Shown piece after piece: positions 1 to 18,763 of a stretch of DNA of 64,000 nt. The first letter of the stretch is position 1; each line of letters starts with the position of its first letter. The notes beneath the pieces are model-generated. The model saw only the letters and a program-made list of their open reading frames with translations, ran no database searches and was not told where the DNA came from. Position numbers and translations under genes: made by a program. Origin of the DNA: an uncultured Chloroflexia bacterium. GTDB taxonomy: Bacteria; Chloroflexota; Limnocylindria; Limnocylindrales; CSP1-4. Location: contig CAVWRX010000007.1 of assembly GCA_963757595.1 (NCBI GenBank), forward strand, positions 157,827-221,826, in the 5' to 3' direction.

Positions 1-929
1 CCTCACCGCTGACCGGATAGATCCCCGCGAACACCAGGCTCTTGGCCTCCTGGTAGCCGGGCAGTGGCTCGACTCGCGGGACTCGCGACGGTGGTGATCG
101 TGTCGCCGACCTGCGCCTCGCGGACGTTCTTGAGCCCTGTGGCGACGTAGCCGACGTCACCGGCATGCATCGTCCCGACTGGCACCAGTGCCGGCCGGAA
201 GTAGCCAAGCTCCAGCAGGTCGGCCTCGGCCCCCGAGGCCATGAGCCGGATCCGGTCGTGATCGTGGATGGTCCCGGCGGCCAGCCGGACGTAGACGATG
301 ACGCCCTTGTAGGGGTCGTAGTGGGAGTCGAAGACGAGGGCCTGGAGCGGCTTCGATGGATCGCCCTTTGGCGGCGGGACGCGGGCCACGATCGCCTCGA
401 GGATCTCGGCGATGCCGGTGCCGTCCTTGGCCGAGGCGAGGATCACCTCCTCGTGGGGGATCGCCAGGACGCTCTCGAGCTCCTCCATGACGACCTCGGG
501 CTGGGCCGATGGCAGGTCGATCTTGTTGAGGACCGGGATGATCGTCAGGCCTTCGCGCATCGCGAGGTGGACGTTGGCCAGGGTCTGGGCCTCGATCCCC
601 TGGGCCGCGTCCACGACGAGGATCGCCCCTTCGCAGGCCTGCAGGCTGCGGCTGACCTCGTAGCTGAAGTCGACGTGCCCGGGCGTGTCGATGAGGTTCA
701 GGCCGTAGACCAGGCCGTCGTTCGCGGTGTACTCCAGGCGCACGGCCCGGGCCTTGATCGTGATGCCCTTCTCGCGCTCGAGGTCCATCGAGTCGAGGAC
801 CTGGCTCATCATCTGCCGCCCCTCGACCGTGTGGGTCACCTCGAGGAGACGGTCCGCGAGCGTGGACTTGCCGTGATCGATGTGGGCGATGATCGAGAAG
901 TTGCGAAGGCGCTCCTGAGGGATCGTCAC
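1..929 (-). CDS. lepA: Elongation factor 4 (LepA), N-terminal ~309 aa; C-terminus runs off the left edge of the window
   Basis: The translation has the GTPase G1 motif ([13 protein letters not shown]), DTPGHVDF and NKID motifs, and LepA-specific downstream blocks. The real start is the GTG at 929 ([14 protein letters not shown]). The Arg/Pro-rich N-terminal extension of the raw ORF is out-of-gene junk. Confidence 0.9.
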
Positions 930-1018
930 GGGGCCGGAGTGTAGCGGGTCGGGCACTTCGGCCCGGCGGTCGCAGTCCAGGCGGGCATCTGGTGCCGTGT
1001 CGTTGCTAGCATCCCCGG

Positions 1019-1666
1019 GTGGCGCATCGATCCCCTGCCCTGCCGCCGACGCTCGAGGCCGGCTATCGCCGCTTCCGGACCGTCGGCTACGCCGCCGAGC
1101 GCGAGCGATTCCGCCGGCTCGGCGAGGAGGGCCAGCGGCCGTCGACGATGGTGATCGCCTGCTCGGATTCGCGGTCCGCACCGGAGACGGTCTTCGACGC
1201 GGGGCCGGGCGAGGTGTTCGTGCTGAGGAACGTGGCGGCCCTCGTCCCGCCGTACGCGCCGGACGGCGCGGCGCACGCCGCATCCGCCGCACTCGAGTTC
1301 GCGGTCCTCGCCCTCGAGGTCTCGTCGATCGTGGTCATGGGCCATGGCCGGTGTGGCGGCATCGCCGCGGCGCAGGCCGCCGGTTCGCCGCTCTCCGAGA
1401 CCGACTTCATCGGCACCTGGGTGGCAGGCATCCGCGAGCTCCTGCCTGCCGGGAACGCGGTCCGCGATGCGCTCGACCCTGCCGCGGCGCGCCTCGCGCT
1501 CGAACGGGCATCGGTGGAGCGATCGATCGGGAACCTCCGGACATTCCCGTGGATCCGATCGCGGGACGAGACGGGGGCGCTCGCGCTCGTGGGGGCGTGG
1601 TTCGACATCTCGCTCGGCGAGCTCTGGGCAATGGACGACGGGATCTGGGCTCGCGTCGAAGTCTGA
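1019..1666 (+). CDS. Beta-class carbonic anhydrase
   Basis: Both hallmark beta-CA zinc-ligand motifs are present: CSDSR and HGRCGG. Length is 215 aa with a GTG start. It is divergent from lepA. Confidence 0.85.
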   Translation: MAHRSPALPPTLEAGYRRFRTVGYAAERERFRRLGEEGQRPSTMVIACSDSRSAPETVFDAGPGEVFVLRNVAALVPPYAPDGAAHAASAALEFAVLALEVSSIVVMGHGRCGGIAAAQAAGSPLSETDFIGTWVAGIRELLPAGNAVRDALDPAAARLALERASVERSIGNLRTFPWIRSRDETGALALVGAWFDISLGELWAMDDGIWARVEV

Positions 1667-1675
1667 GACGCGTGC

Positions 1676-2632
1676 TCAGGCCCGAACGATCGCGAGCGCG
1701 GTGACGCCGAGCACGACCACGGAGACCCCGACGACCTGGATCCGGGCGAGCCGCTCCTTGAACAGGAAATACGCGGACACCGCCGCGATCGCCGCGAATT
1801 GCGATCCGAGGACCGCGGCGGTCGCGGGACTCGCGTGGGCTCCAATGACGTAGGCCCCGTTCCCGACGACCTCGAGGACCCCGGACAGGACCACCAGCGG
1901 GAGCGCCTGGCGTGAGAGGCGCAAACGCCCGCGTGCGATCAGCGGAACGGCGATGAGCAGCATCCCGACGAACCGAGAGACGAGCAGGATCCACGGGAGC
2001 GGCGTGCTGCCCAGGCGGGCGCTCGTGATGAGGCCGACCGCGAAGGCCACGGCGGCCGCGACCGCAAGGAGGACGCTGCGTCGCGTCGCAGCCGCGTCTT
2101 CGCGGGCGTGGAGCGGCACGGCCGCGGGCTCAGGCGCGATCGGGAGGGGCAGCACGATCGCCAGGTCGTCGGGATCGATCGTGCCGCTCGGGCCACCCTT
2201 CGGGGGGCCGACCTCGGCTCGTCGATCGATCGAGGCGAGCACGACGCCGAGGGCGATCAGGGCGAGCAGGATCGCGGTCGGGACGCCGAGCGCCTCGCCG
2301 AGGACGACCGAGGCCAGGGCGGCCATCCCGCCCTCGGTCGAGACGATGGGCGTGACGATCGAGACGCGCCCGATCACGAGGGCGCGATAGGCGAGCAGCA
2401 GGCCCGTGCTGGCCGAAAAGCCCGTGACGACCATGCCGGCGACCTGCGGCAGGGAGACGCTGCTGCCGTCGGCGAGCGAGACGATCGAGGGCGGGATGCT
2501 GACGAGGAACCCGACGATCATCACCCACGCCAGCACGGACGATGGCCCGATGAGCCGGCTCGAGCGCGACGACGACAGGGTGGCGACGGCCCACGAGACG
2601 GCCGCGCCCAGACCCCCGAGGATTGCGATCAT
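1676..2632 (-). CDS. EamA/DMT-family membrane transporter (two EamA repeats)
   Basis: Ten hydrophobic helices in two repeated halves, typical of drug/metabolite transporters. The true start is the ATG at 2632 (MIAILGG). The upstream part of the raw ORF is Arg-rich junk. Confidence 0.7.
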   Translation of the reverse strand: MIAILGGLGAAVSWAVATLSSSRSSRLIGPSSVLAWVMIVGFLVSIPPSIVSLADGSSVSLPQVAGMVVTGFSASTGLLLAYRALVIGRVSIVTPIVSTEGGMAALASVVLGEALGVPTAILLALIALGVVLASIDRRAEVGPPKGGPSGTIDPDDLAIVLPLPIAPEPAAVPLHAREDAAATRRSVLLAVAAAVAFAVGLITSARLGSTPLPWILLVSRFVGMLLIAVPLIARGRLRLSRQALPLVVLSGVLEVVGNGAYVIGAHASPATAAVLGSQFAAIAAVSAYFLFKERLARIQVVGVSVVVLGVTALAIVRA

Positions 2633-2823
2633 CCGGCGAAGTCTGACAGGGGTCCCGCCTCTGCCACCAAGTCCTTCGTCGTGGGCGGGAGACCAGTACC
2701 CGCTGCGCTCCAGGCCGACCTCCCGTAGTCGAGATCCGCGCGCTCTGGTACCATCCGCGTCCGCGCCCGGTGCCCTGCGCCCGCGCATGTCCTACATGAA
2801 GTTCCGCATCGAGAGGTTCGACC

Positions 2824-3538
2824 TTGGCCAGGACTCCCCGGAAATGGACGGGCGCACGATCGCCGTCGGGCCTGAAGCGCGTCCGCACCGCCGAGCGCCG
2901 GCACGAAGTCCTCGGTCCTCGACGCTCCGCCGCGAAGACGCTCGTGAAGAACGCCCTGATCGCCGCGACCGCGCCGACCGAGGGCGTTGACGCCCAGGCG
3001 GCGCTCATCCAGGCGATCAGCGCACTCGACCGCGCGGCAAAGGTCGGGGCGATCCACCCGAACGCGGCCGCGCGTCGCAAGTCCCGCCTCACCCGAACCG
3101 TGAATGCCGCGGTCGCCGGTGCGGGGACGACCTCGTCCCGGGCCGCAAAGACCATCGGGAAGGCGGCCGCGCAGAAGGCAGCGAAGGCCCGGATCGCGGC
3201 CTCCAAGGCCGACAAGGCGAAGGGCGCCCAGACGGCGGCCGGCAAGGCTCGTGCCGCACTGTCCAAGACGAGTCGCGCCGAGGCGGCCGCCGGGGCCGCC
3301 AGGGCCGCTGCCGCTGCTGCCGACGCAGACGCCGGCCAAGCCGGTCGCGAAGGCCGCGACCAAGCGCGCCGCCACGGCCGCAACGAAGGCTCCCGCGAAG
3401 GCGGCTGCGACGAAACCCGCTGCCAAGGCGACCGCTGCCAAGGCGACCGCTGCCAAGGCGACCGCTGCCAAGGCGACCGCTGCCAAGAAGCCGGCAAAGA
3501 AGCCGGTCGCCCGAAAGGCTCCCGCGAAGGAGGCCTGA
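2824..3538 (+). CDS. rpsT: Ribosomal protein S20 core fused to an Ala/Lys/Pro-rich histone-H1-like C-terminal tail; apparent frameshift near 3290-3310
   Basis: Residues about 20-95 match S20 (KRVRTAERR...KTLVKNALIAA...IHPNAAARRKSRLTRTVNAA). Reading continues for ~60 aa of AK-rich sequence in frame 1, then switches to frame 3 near 3300. Frame 3 has high GC3 codons and a natural stop at 3538 after (AAKAT)n...KKPAKKPVARKAPAKEA. The TTG start at 2824 is uncertain. Confidence 0.65.
3418..3490. repeat. Tandem 15-bp repeat (gctgccaaggcgacc x ~4.8) encoding (AAKAT)n in the S20 tail
   Basis: Perfect direct repeats are visible in the sequence. The same repeat creates the PWQRS and AVALA repeats seen in the antisense ORFs. 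Confidence 0.9.
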
Positions 3539-3580
3539 TCGGCGTCGTTCGGCGGGGATCGCCGGCGCAGCGTCCTCTCG

Positions 3581-3612
3581 AACGCCCCGGCAGCGCCGGG
3601 GCGTTGCCGATT
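3581..3612. terminator. Bidirectional intrinsic terminator-like hairpin between rpsT (+) and a convergent membrane-protein gene (-)
   Basis: Perfect 10-bp GC-rich stem aacgccccgg / ccggggcgtt with a 5-nt loop, followed by ttgccgatt. Confidence 0.55.
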
Positions 3613-3623
3613 CCGGGGCAGCC

Positions 3624-6700
<3,077 letters not shown>

Positions 6701-6750
6701 CTGAGTCCTGTCAAGCTGATTCGGCGATGGTCGGCGGGCGCTCGGCGCCC

Positions 6751-7776
6751 TCAGGCGGCGGTGGCCGCCGGGAGCCTGGAGGCGATCATCTCGATCAGGT
6801 CGGCACAGCGGCAGCTGTAGCCCCATTCGTTGTCGTACCAGGCGATGACCTTCACGAAGTTGCCGCCGAGAACCATGGTGCTGGCGGAGTCCACGATCGA
6901 GGAGCGTGCGTCGCCACGGAAGTCCGTGGACACGAGGGGCTCATCGGAGACCCCGAGGATCCCCTTCATTGGGCCGGCGGCCGCGACGCGGAACGCCTCG
7001 TTGAGCTCCTCGACGGAGGTCTCGCGACCGACCACCGCAGTGAAGTCGACGACGCTGACCGTGGGGGTCGGCACGCGCAGGCTGAACCCGTCGAACTTGC
7101 CCTTGAGGTCGGGGATCACGAGGGCCAGGGCCTTTGCCGCGCCCGTCGTGGTCGGGATGATGTTCAGCCCGGCAGCCCGCGCGCGGCGCGGGTCCTTGTG
7201 GGCGACATCGAGGATCCGCTGGTCGTTCGTGTAGCTGTGGATCGTGTTCATCAGGCCCCGCTCGATGCCCACGAGGTCATGAACCACCTTGGCCGCCGGT
7301 GCGAGGCAGTTGGTTGTGCAGCTGGCGTTGCTGATGACGTTGTGGGCGGCGGGGTCGTACATGGCGTCATTGACCCCGAGGACGATCGTGATGTCCTCGC
7401 CCTTCGCCGGCGCACTGATCACGACCTTCCGGGCCCCGGCATCGAGGTGCGCCCGCGCCTTGTCGGCCGAGGTGAACAGGCCCGTCGACTCCAGGACGAT
7501 GTCGACGCCAAGGTCACCCCACGGCAGGGCCGCGGGGTCCTTCTCCTTGAGCACCTTGATCTCGCGGCCATCGATGATCAGCGAATCATCCGTGTGGTCG
7601 ACCGTGCCCGGATATGCCCCGTACGTCGAGTCGTGCTTGAAGAGGAGCGCGTTCATGCTCGTGTCGACGAGATCGTTCACCGCCACGACCTCGACACCGG
7701 GGGCTCGCTCGATGATCGCCTTGAGGGATTGCCGGCCGATCCGACCGAACCCGTTGATACCGACACGAACGGTCAT
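6751..7776 (-). CDS. gap: Glyceraldehyde-3-phosphate dehydrogenase
   Basis: [10 protein letters not shown] Rossmann motif, catalytic [12 protein letters not shown], and WYDNEWGYS. The start is ATG 7776 with GGAGG 7 nt upstream. Confidence 0.92.
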   Translation of the reverse strand: MTVRVGINGFGRIGRQSLKAIIERAPGVEVVAVNDLVDTSMNALLFKHDSTYGAYPGTVDHTDDSLIIDGREIKVLKEKDPAALPWGDLGVDIVLESTGLFTSADKARAHLDAGARKVVISAPAKGEDITIVLGVNDAMYDPAAHNVISNASCTTNCLAPAAKVVHDLVGIERGLMNTIHSYTNDQRILDVAHKDPRRARAAGLNIIPTTTGAAKALALVIPDLKGKFDGFSLRVPTPTVSVVDFTAVVGRETSVEELNEAFRVAAAGPMKGILGVSDEPLVSTDFRGDARSSIVDSASTMVLGGNFVKVIAWYDNEWGYSCRCADLIEMIASRLPAATAA

Positions 7777-7932
7777 GGTGGAACCTCCATAGGGGGACCA
7801 ATGCGCCGCATGGAGCGGCCGGTCACGCCCTGTTGTCATGCGTGTTTCGTACACATCGAGTCTAGCAGAGGCCACCCATGGGGCCTCCGGGGCAGCGGCC
7901 CGGAATGACGTGCCGGATGGCCCGGTCGCGCG

Positions 7933-8922
7933 TCAGACCTGGAGGGCGACGGCGGGCACGGCGCCGAGGAGGCCGACGTCATCGCCGAGATCGGCCGATA
8001 CGATGCGCACGCGGTTCCGGGGGATCCGGAAGGCCGACGTCGCGACGGCCTCTCGGGCGGGGCCGAGCAGCCGCTCGCCCTGGGCCTGGGCGATCGCCCC
8101 GCCGATCACGATCACCTCCGGGTTGAAGGTGTTGACGAGGCCGATGAGGAACTGGCAGACGGCGCGTCGGGCCGTTTCGATGATCTCTGCCGAGACGTCA
8201 TCACCGGCATCGGCGAGCTCCGCGATATCACGTGCCTCGAGGAGCCGCGGCGCGATGGCGGCGGCCCGGGCGGCGAGCGCCGGCGCCGTTCCGGCCGCGG
8301 CGGCGGCCGCTGCGCGGTGAGCCATCGCGGCACCGGACGCATAGGCCTCCACGTGGGCGACCCCACCGCAGGTGCAGATCGGCCCATCGATTCCGATCGG
8401 CACGTGGCCGAGCTCCCCGGCGACTCCGTCAGGACCGCCATAGACGCGACCGTCGATCACGATGGAACCACCCACGCCGGTCGATATGGTGAGGTACAGG
8501 AAGTCCCGCGCTCCATGGGCCGCGCCGAACGTCATCTCCGCCAGCGCGGCCATGTTGGTGTCGCGCTCGAGCACCGCGGGCAGGCCGAGGGCGGCCGCGA
8601 TCGGATCGCGGAACGCGACGTTGACGAAGCCCGGGCCGAAGTTGGGCGGTTCGACGAGGTATCCGCTCCGCGGATCGAGCGGGCCGGGAGCAGCGAGCCC
8701 AAGGCCGCGGATCGTGGCGCGAACATCGGCACCAACGGCGTCGCGGGCCTTGCGCAGCTGCTCGATGCACGCGCCGATGACCGCGTCGGGGCCGTCGCCA
8801 CCGGGCGTGCGGCGCTCGGCCCGCGAGAGGATCCGACCATCACCGGACACGACCGCGGCCCGCGTGTGCGTCCCGCCGAGATCGAGCGCGAGGACCGTCG
8901 AGGGAGCCGATGCCATGGCCAT
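7933..8922 (-). CDS. ROK-family sugar kinase (glucokinase-like)
   Basis: LDLGGT, ISTGVGGSIV, and the ROK zinc motif GHVPIGIDGPICTCGGVAHVE are present. Confidence 0.8.
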   Translation of the reverse strand: MAMASAPSTVLALDLGGTHTRAAVVSGDGRILSRAERRTPGGDGPDAVIGACIEQLRKARDAVGADVRATIRGLGLAAPGPLDPRSGYLVEPPNFGPGFVNVAFRDPIAAALGLPAVLERDTNMAALAEMTFGAAHGARDFLYLTISTGVGGSIVIDGRVYGGPDGVAGELGHVPIGIDGPICTCGGVAHVEAYASGAAMAHRAAAAAAAGTAPALAARAAAIAPRLLEARDIAELADAGDDVSAEIIETARRAVCQFLIGLVNTFNPEVIVIGGAIAQAQGERLLGPAREAVATSAFRIPRNRVRIVSADLGDDVGLLGAVPAVALQV

Positions 8923-9009
8923 GAGGATAGCGCCCGCGAGCCGCGACCCGGCTTCCCGCCACGGGCGCGGCTGCCGGCTGTCTCGGGCCGGACGGCCCCG
9001 ATAAACGGC

Positions 9010-9041
9010 GAACCCCCCGCCAGCGAACCGGCGAGGGGTTC
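9010..9041 (-). terminator. Hairpin downstream of the DUF5679 gene (terminator-like)
   Basis: The arms gaaccccccgcc and ggcgaggggttc are 11/12 complementary. On the minus strand the hairpin is followed by GCCGUUUAUC. The GGCGAGGGGT arm recurs at 40702. Confidence 0.45.
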
Positions 9042-9062
9042 AAGTCTCAGGACGCGGTGGCG

Positions 9063-9203
9063 TCAGCCCCCGATCTTGAACACCTTCGTGCCGCACTTCG
9101 GGCAGGTGCCCGACAGCGCAGGCTTGCCGTTCTTCATGGTGATCTGAACCGGGTTCTGGACTTCGACTTTCATCTTGTCCTTGACGCAATAGGCCATGGC
9201 CAT
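9063..9203 (-). CDS. DUF5679-family mini zinc-ribbon protein (46 aa), not in the ORF track
   Basis: MAMAYCVKDKMKVEVQNPVQITMKNGKPALSGTCPKCGTKVFKIGG. A strong RBS (GAGGAGG) lies 9 nt upstream. The first CxxC is degenerate (C..D), the second is intact. Confidence 0.7.
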   Translation of the reverse strand: MAMAYCVKDKMKVEVQNPVQITMKNGKPALSGTCPKCGTKVFKIGG

Positions 9204-9263
9204 GGGTCTAGTTCCTCCTCGGGTTCCATGCTCCCCGGGCACACACCCGGAGTCGCGATCTGA

Positions 9264-10103
9264 CTACATGCCGAGCGACGGTCGCCAGCGATCCGTCCCG
9301 GCCTCGACCGTCCGACGGTCCATGTCGGCGAGGATCCCGAGCGCTTCGAGGCCCGTCTCCACGCAGGCATCTTCCGCCGCGTGCTTTGCGTTCCCGCTGG
9401 GGAATTCCCCGGTGGTCCGCTGAGCGTATACCGCGCACACGACGCCGGCTCGACACCGAGCAAGCCCCGCGAGCACGAGGAGCGCCGACGCCTCCATCTC
9501 GAAATTCATGACGCGCTGGCGCGCCATGTCTTCTGCGAGGTCAGGGTATCGGATGGGAAGCTGCGGGATCGGGCGTCCCTGCGCACCGTAGAAGCCGGGC
9601 GCGGTGGCCGTGATCCCCACGTGATGTCGTCGGCCAAGACGACTCGCGGCCTCGATGAGGGCCAGGACGGCCTCGTGGTGCGCGACGGCGGGGTATCCGT
9701 CCGAAACGAACCACGATGTCGTCGTCTCGAGCCGGACGGCTCCGGACGTGATGCAAAGGTCCCCGGCCTGGATCTCCGGCTGAAGCGCGCCGCTGGACCC
9801 CACGCGAATGAACGTCGGCCGATTCGTGATCGCGAGAATCTCGGCGATCACGATTTCGACGTTGTCCGATCCGATGCCCGTCGACACGACCGAAACCCGA
9901 AGGCCCTTGTACATCCCGGTCACGGACGCGAACTCGCGATTGCGCCGTTCCAGTTCGATCGAACTGAGCTTGGTGGCGATCCGGGCCGTCCGATCCGGGT
10001 CACCGGGGAGGAGCACGTACTCGGCCAGCTCGCCTGGACCGAGGTCGATGTGGTACTGCCGCTCCCCAACGGGGAGTGCGACGCGGTGGTCCGCGTTCGG
10101 CAA
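9264..10103 (-). CDS. PNP/UDP-family nucleoside phosphorylase (uridine phosphorylase-like)
   Basis: HIDLGPGELAEYVLLPGDPDRTARIA and VSTGIGSDNVEIV fit the PNP/UDP-1 fold. A TTG start has GGGGGAG 7 nt upstream. Confidence 0.75.
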   Translation of the reverse strand: MPNADHRVALPVGERQYHIDLGPGELAEYVLLPGDPDRTARIATKLSSIELERRNREFASVTGMYKGLRVSVVSTGIGSDNVEIVIAEILAITNRPTFIRVGSSGALQPEIQAGDLCITSGAVRLETTTSWFVSDGYPAVAHHEAVLALIEAASRLGRRHHVGITATAPGFYGAQGRPIPQLPIRYPDLAEDMARQRVMNFEMEASALLVLAGLARCRAGVVCAVYAQRTTGEFPSGNAKHAAEDACVETGLEALGILADMDRRTVEAGTDRWRPSLGM

Positions 10104-10220
10104 GCTCGGCTCCCCCTGTGTGCGCTGTGTGCTCCGCGACGCGGGGCCCGATGAAGCGTAGACGCCCGTTCAAACGTGCGTCAAGCCGATCAAGCGACCC
10201 GCGCGGCCCGCGAATCGCCC

Positions 10221-13856
<3,636 letters not shown>

Positions 13857-14064
13857 CGAGCGACCTCCGGGGCGGGCAGGAGCATCGGCGCCGGGCGGGA
13901 CGGCTGGACCGTTCTACCAGCCCTCCCTCATCGCCGGCTCATCGGCCCGTTACCGGGGGCCACGGCTTCGGGACGCGGCCCGCATCGACAGCCAGCCCTC
14001 GATCCAAGTACGATGCCCACCCAGCCGCGGCGCCCGCCGCGATCCCGAGACCCAAGGAGTGCCC

Positions 14065-14763
14065 GTGGCCCGCGCCAAGCGCACCGCCCGTGCCGATGCT
14101 CGCCGTCGCTATCGCCAGACGATCGCAAGCGACCCCGAGGCGCTCGAGGCGGACGATCTGGCGACGACCGCGGCGACGCCGACCGGCGGGACCGCGAGCC
14201 GCAAGCCGAACCCCGCGGCCGGCGGCCGACCGGTCGGCTTCACCGACGCGATGCGCCTGGCGTGGCACCAGCCCCACATCCGGGAGGACATCGCTGCCCT
14301 GCCGTCACTCGTGCGCACCCGCTGGTTCCTGATCCCGCTGGCCCTCGTCCTCGTCGGCATCCTGGGCGTGCTCGTGCTCCCGACCAACTACATCAGCGGG
14401 CTCTTCTTCCAGCTGATGGTGCTGCCGCCGGCCATGGCCCCGGTCTTCATCGTCGGGTTCTTCGCCAAGCGGGCCAGCTACCTGCTCGGGTTCATCATCG
14501 CGGTGATCGATGTCATCGGCTATGTCGCGTTCGTGTACACGGCCCTGCCGGTCCTGGCAGCCGGGACACCGCAGACGCAGAGCGCCGAGTCGCTCGTCTT
14601 CTCAGCCGTCGCGATCGGGCCGCTGTCCGGCATCTTCTTCGCGGCCGGGGCCGCCTGGTATCGACGGTTCCTCGCGCTGTCCAGCCGGCAGCGCGGCGGG
14701 CAGCGCCCGAACCAGCGCGCCGGGCAGCAGCGCTCGAAGGCCAACCGACCCGCCCGCGGCTGA
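14065..14763 (+). CDS. Hypothetical membrane protein (~232 aa)
   Basis: A GTG start is preceded by AAGGAG (5-nt spacer). Four or more TM helices. It is convergent with kdpD-N. The upstream part of the raw ORF is antisense of the LTD gene. Confidence 0.55.
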   Translation: MARAKRTARADARRRYRQTIASDPEALEADDLATTAATPTGGTASRKPNPAAGGRPVGFTDAMRLAWHQPHIREDIAALPSLVRTRWFLIPLALVLVGILGVLVLPTNYISGLFFQLMVLPPAMAPVFIVGFFAKRASYLLGFIIAVIDVIGYVAFVYTALPVLAAGTPQTQSAESLVFSAVAIGPLSGIFFAAGAAWYRRFLALSSRQRGGQRPNQRAGQQRSKANRPARG

Positions 14764-14866
14764 CCGCCGGGCGATCCCGGGCGATCAGCGAGGTTCCAGA
14801 CAACGAGACGAGACGCGCGGGAGGTCGTCGGCGGCGGGCCGACCCCGTCGCCCGTCGCGAACGCCC

Positions 14867-16015
14867 TCAGCCGGGTGCGACGAGATGGACCTCGAGCTCC
14901 GGGAACAGGGCGATGACCTGGTCCGCGAGCGAGCGCTCGAACAAGCGTCGAAGTCCCTCCACCTCGGCGTGGGGCAGGACGAGGTGGGTCGCCCGCCGCG
15001 CCCTCACGGCGTCCTGCAACCCGGTCGGGAGGTCCTTCGCTTCGAACCGCGCGATCTCCGCTCCGAGGTCCGTCGCGTCGTCGAGGGCCTCCTGGAGGTC
15101 CCGCTGGCGGTCGAACGGCCATTGGGCCGCCTCGGGCGTCTCGACGACGACCGCGACGAGCGCGGCACGGAGCGCGCTCGCCAGGCGGGCGGCGCGACGG
15201 ATTGCCCGGTGCGAAGCCGGACTGCCATCGACGAGGACCAGGACACGTTCCGTGACGAGGGACAGCGAAGGCCCCGACGTCGTGGCCTCGAGCTGTCCCT
15301 CGACCGTCTGGGCGGTCAGGCGCAGGGCGAGCTCGCGGAGGGCGGTGAGGTTGCCCTCCGTGAAGAACCGGTCGAGAGCGATCTGGGCGCGCTCGGGCGA
15401 GTAGACATTGCCGTGCTTCATGCGCTGCCGGAGCGCGTAGGGGCTCATGTCCACGAGCTCGATCTCGTCGGCCCCGAGCAGCGCCTCGTCGGGCAGGCGC
15501 TCGTTCACGGGTGCGCCCGTGATCGTGGCGACCGCGTCGGCCACGCTCTCCAGATGCTGGACGTTCATCGTGCTGACGACGTGGATCCCGGCGTCGCGGA
15601 TGACCTCGACGTCCTCCCAGCGCTTGGCCCGGGCAGATCCCGGGACGTTCGTGTGGGCGAGCTCGTCGACGAGGGCGACGGTCGGGGCGCGAGCGAGGAT
15701 CGCGTCCGTGTCCATCTCCTCGACGACGACGCCGCGGTACTCGACCCGCCGCCGGGGAACGATCTCGAGCCCGTCGAGGAGCGCCGCCGTGTGCACCCGG
15801 CCATGCGCCTCCACGTATCCGACGATCAGGTCCGTGCCGCGATCGAGACGGCGATGTCCCTCCTCGAGCATCCGGTAGGTCTTGCCGACGCCGGGCGCCA
15901 TGCCCAGGTAGACGCGGAGCCGCCCCCGACCACCACCCCCCTCGTCCCGGACGCGCGCCAACATCTCGTCGGCCGTCGGCCGGACATCGAGCAGGTCGCG
16001 CTCCGGGTCCTTCAC
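14867..16015 (-). CDS. kdpD: KdpD N-terminal sensor module as a stand-alone protein (KdpD_N domain plus USP domain; no kinase)
   Basis: Walker-A GMAPGVGKTYRM and conserved KdpD_N blocks (VVSTMNVQHLES, RQRMKHGNVY), followed by a USP-like block VLVLVDGSPASHRAIRRA. It overlaps the kdpC stop (ATGA). Confidence 0.85.
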   Translation of the reverse strand: MKDPERDLLDVRPTADEMLARVRDEGGGGRGRLRVYLGMAPGVGKTYRMLEEGHRRLDRGTDLIVGYVEAHGRVHTAALLDGLEIVPRRRVEYRGVVVEEMDTDAILARAPTVALVDELAHTNVPGSARAKRWEDVEVIRDAGIHVVSTMNVQHLESVADAVATITGAPVNERLPDEALLGADEIELVDMSPYALRQRMKHGNVYSPERAQIALDRFFTEGNLTALRELALRLTAQTVEGQLEATTSGPSLSLVTERVLVLVDGSPASHRAIRRAARLASALRAALVAVVVETPEAAQWPFDRQRDLQEALDDATDLGAEIARFEAKDLPTGLQDAVRARRATHLVLPHAEVEGLRRLFERSLADQVIALFPELEVHLVAPG

Positions 16016-16593
16016 CGCAGCAGCCCGTCCAGGTCTAGGTTGAGCTCCAGGACGTTGACCCGCGACTCCCCGAGGAAGCCGAGGATCGGCCCATCCATGT
16101 GGCGAGCCACGAGGACCCGGACCGCGTCCGCTGTCATGCCACGCGCCGCCGCTACGCGGGCGACCTGGTACTCGGCGGCGGCCGGGCTGATATCCGGGTC
16201 AAGGCCCGACGCCGACGCCGTCACGAGGTCCACCGGAACGGGCCCGCCGCCGTTGGCCGCCCGTTCCCGGTCCACCTCGGCCGCGATCCGGTCGATGAGG
16301 TCCCTGCTCGTCGGCCCGAAATTCGTCCCGCCGGAGCCACCCGCGTCGTAGCCGTCCTTTCCGGCCGCGGAAGGCCGCCCCCAGAAGTACTTGTCGTCGG
16401 AGAACGCCTGCCCGATGAGGCTCGACCCGACCGCCTTGCCGTCCACGACGATCAGCGAGCCGTTCGCCTGGTGCGGGAAGGCGATCTGCGCGATCGCCGT
16501 GACCACCGCCGGGTAGACCGCGCCGGTGATGACGGTGAACGCGACCAGGAGGGCGAACGCCGGCCAGAGTCGATGCCGAAGGAAGGTGCGCAT
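16012..16593 (-). CDS. kdpC: K+-transporting ATPase subunit C
   Basis: Signal-anchor followed by KdpC blocks (IAFPHQANGSLI, ASGLDPDISPAAAEYQV). The start is ATG 16593. Confidence 0.88.
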   Translation of the reverse strand: MRTFLRHRLWPAFALLVAFTVITGAVYPAVVTAIAQIAFPHQANGSLIVVDGKAVGSSLIGQAFSDDKYFWGRPSAAGKDGYDAGGSGGTNFGPTSRDLIDRIAAEVDRERAANGGGPVPVDLVTASASGLDPDISPAAAEYQVARVAAARGMTADAVRVLVARHMDGPILGFLGESRVNVLELNLDLDGLLR

Positions 16594-16603
16594 CCGGTTC
16601 GTC

Positions 16604-18762
<2,159 letters not shown>

Positions 18763-18763
<1 letters not shown>

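Noticed and set aside
2130-3497. 455-aa minus-strand ORF beginning with the striking (PWQRS)5 repeat
   Set aside because: It is the antisense reading of the 15-bp tandem repeat in the rpsT tail and of the EamA gene. Its composition is Arg/Pro-rich junk typical of wrong-strand ORFs in high-GC DNA.
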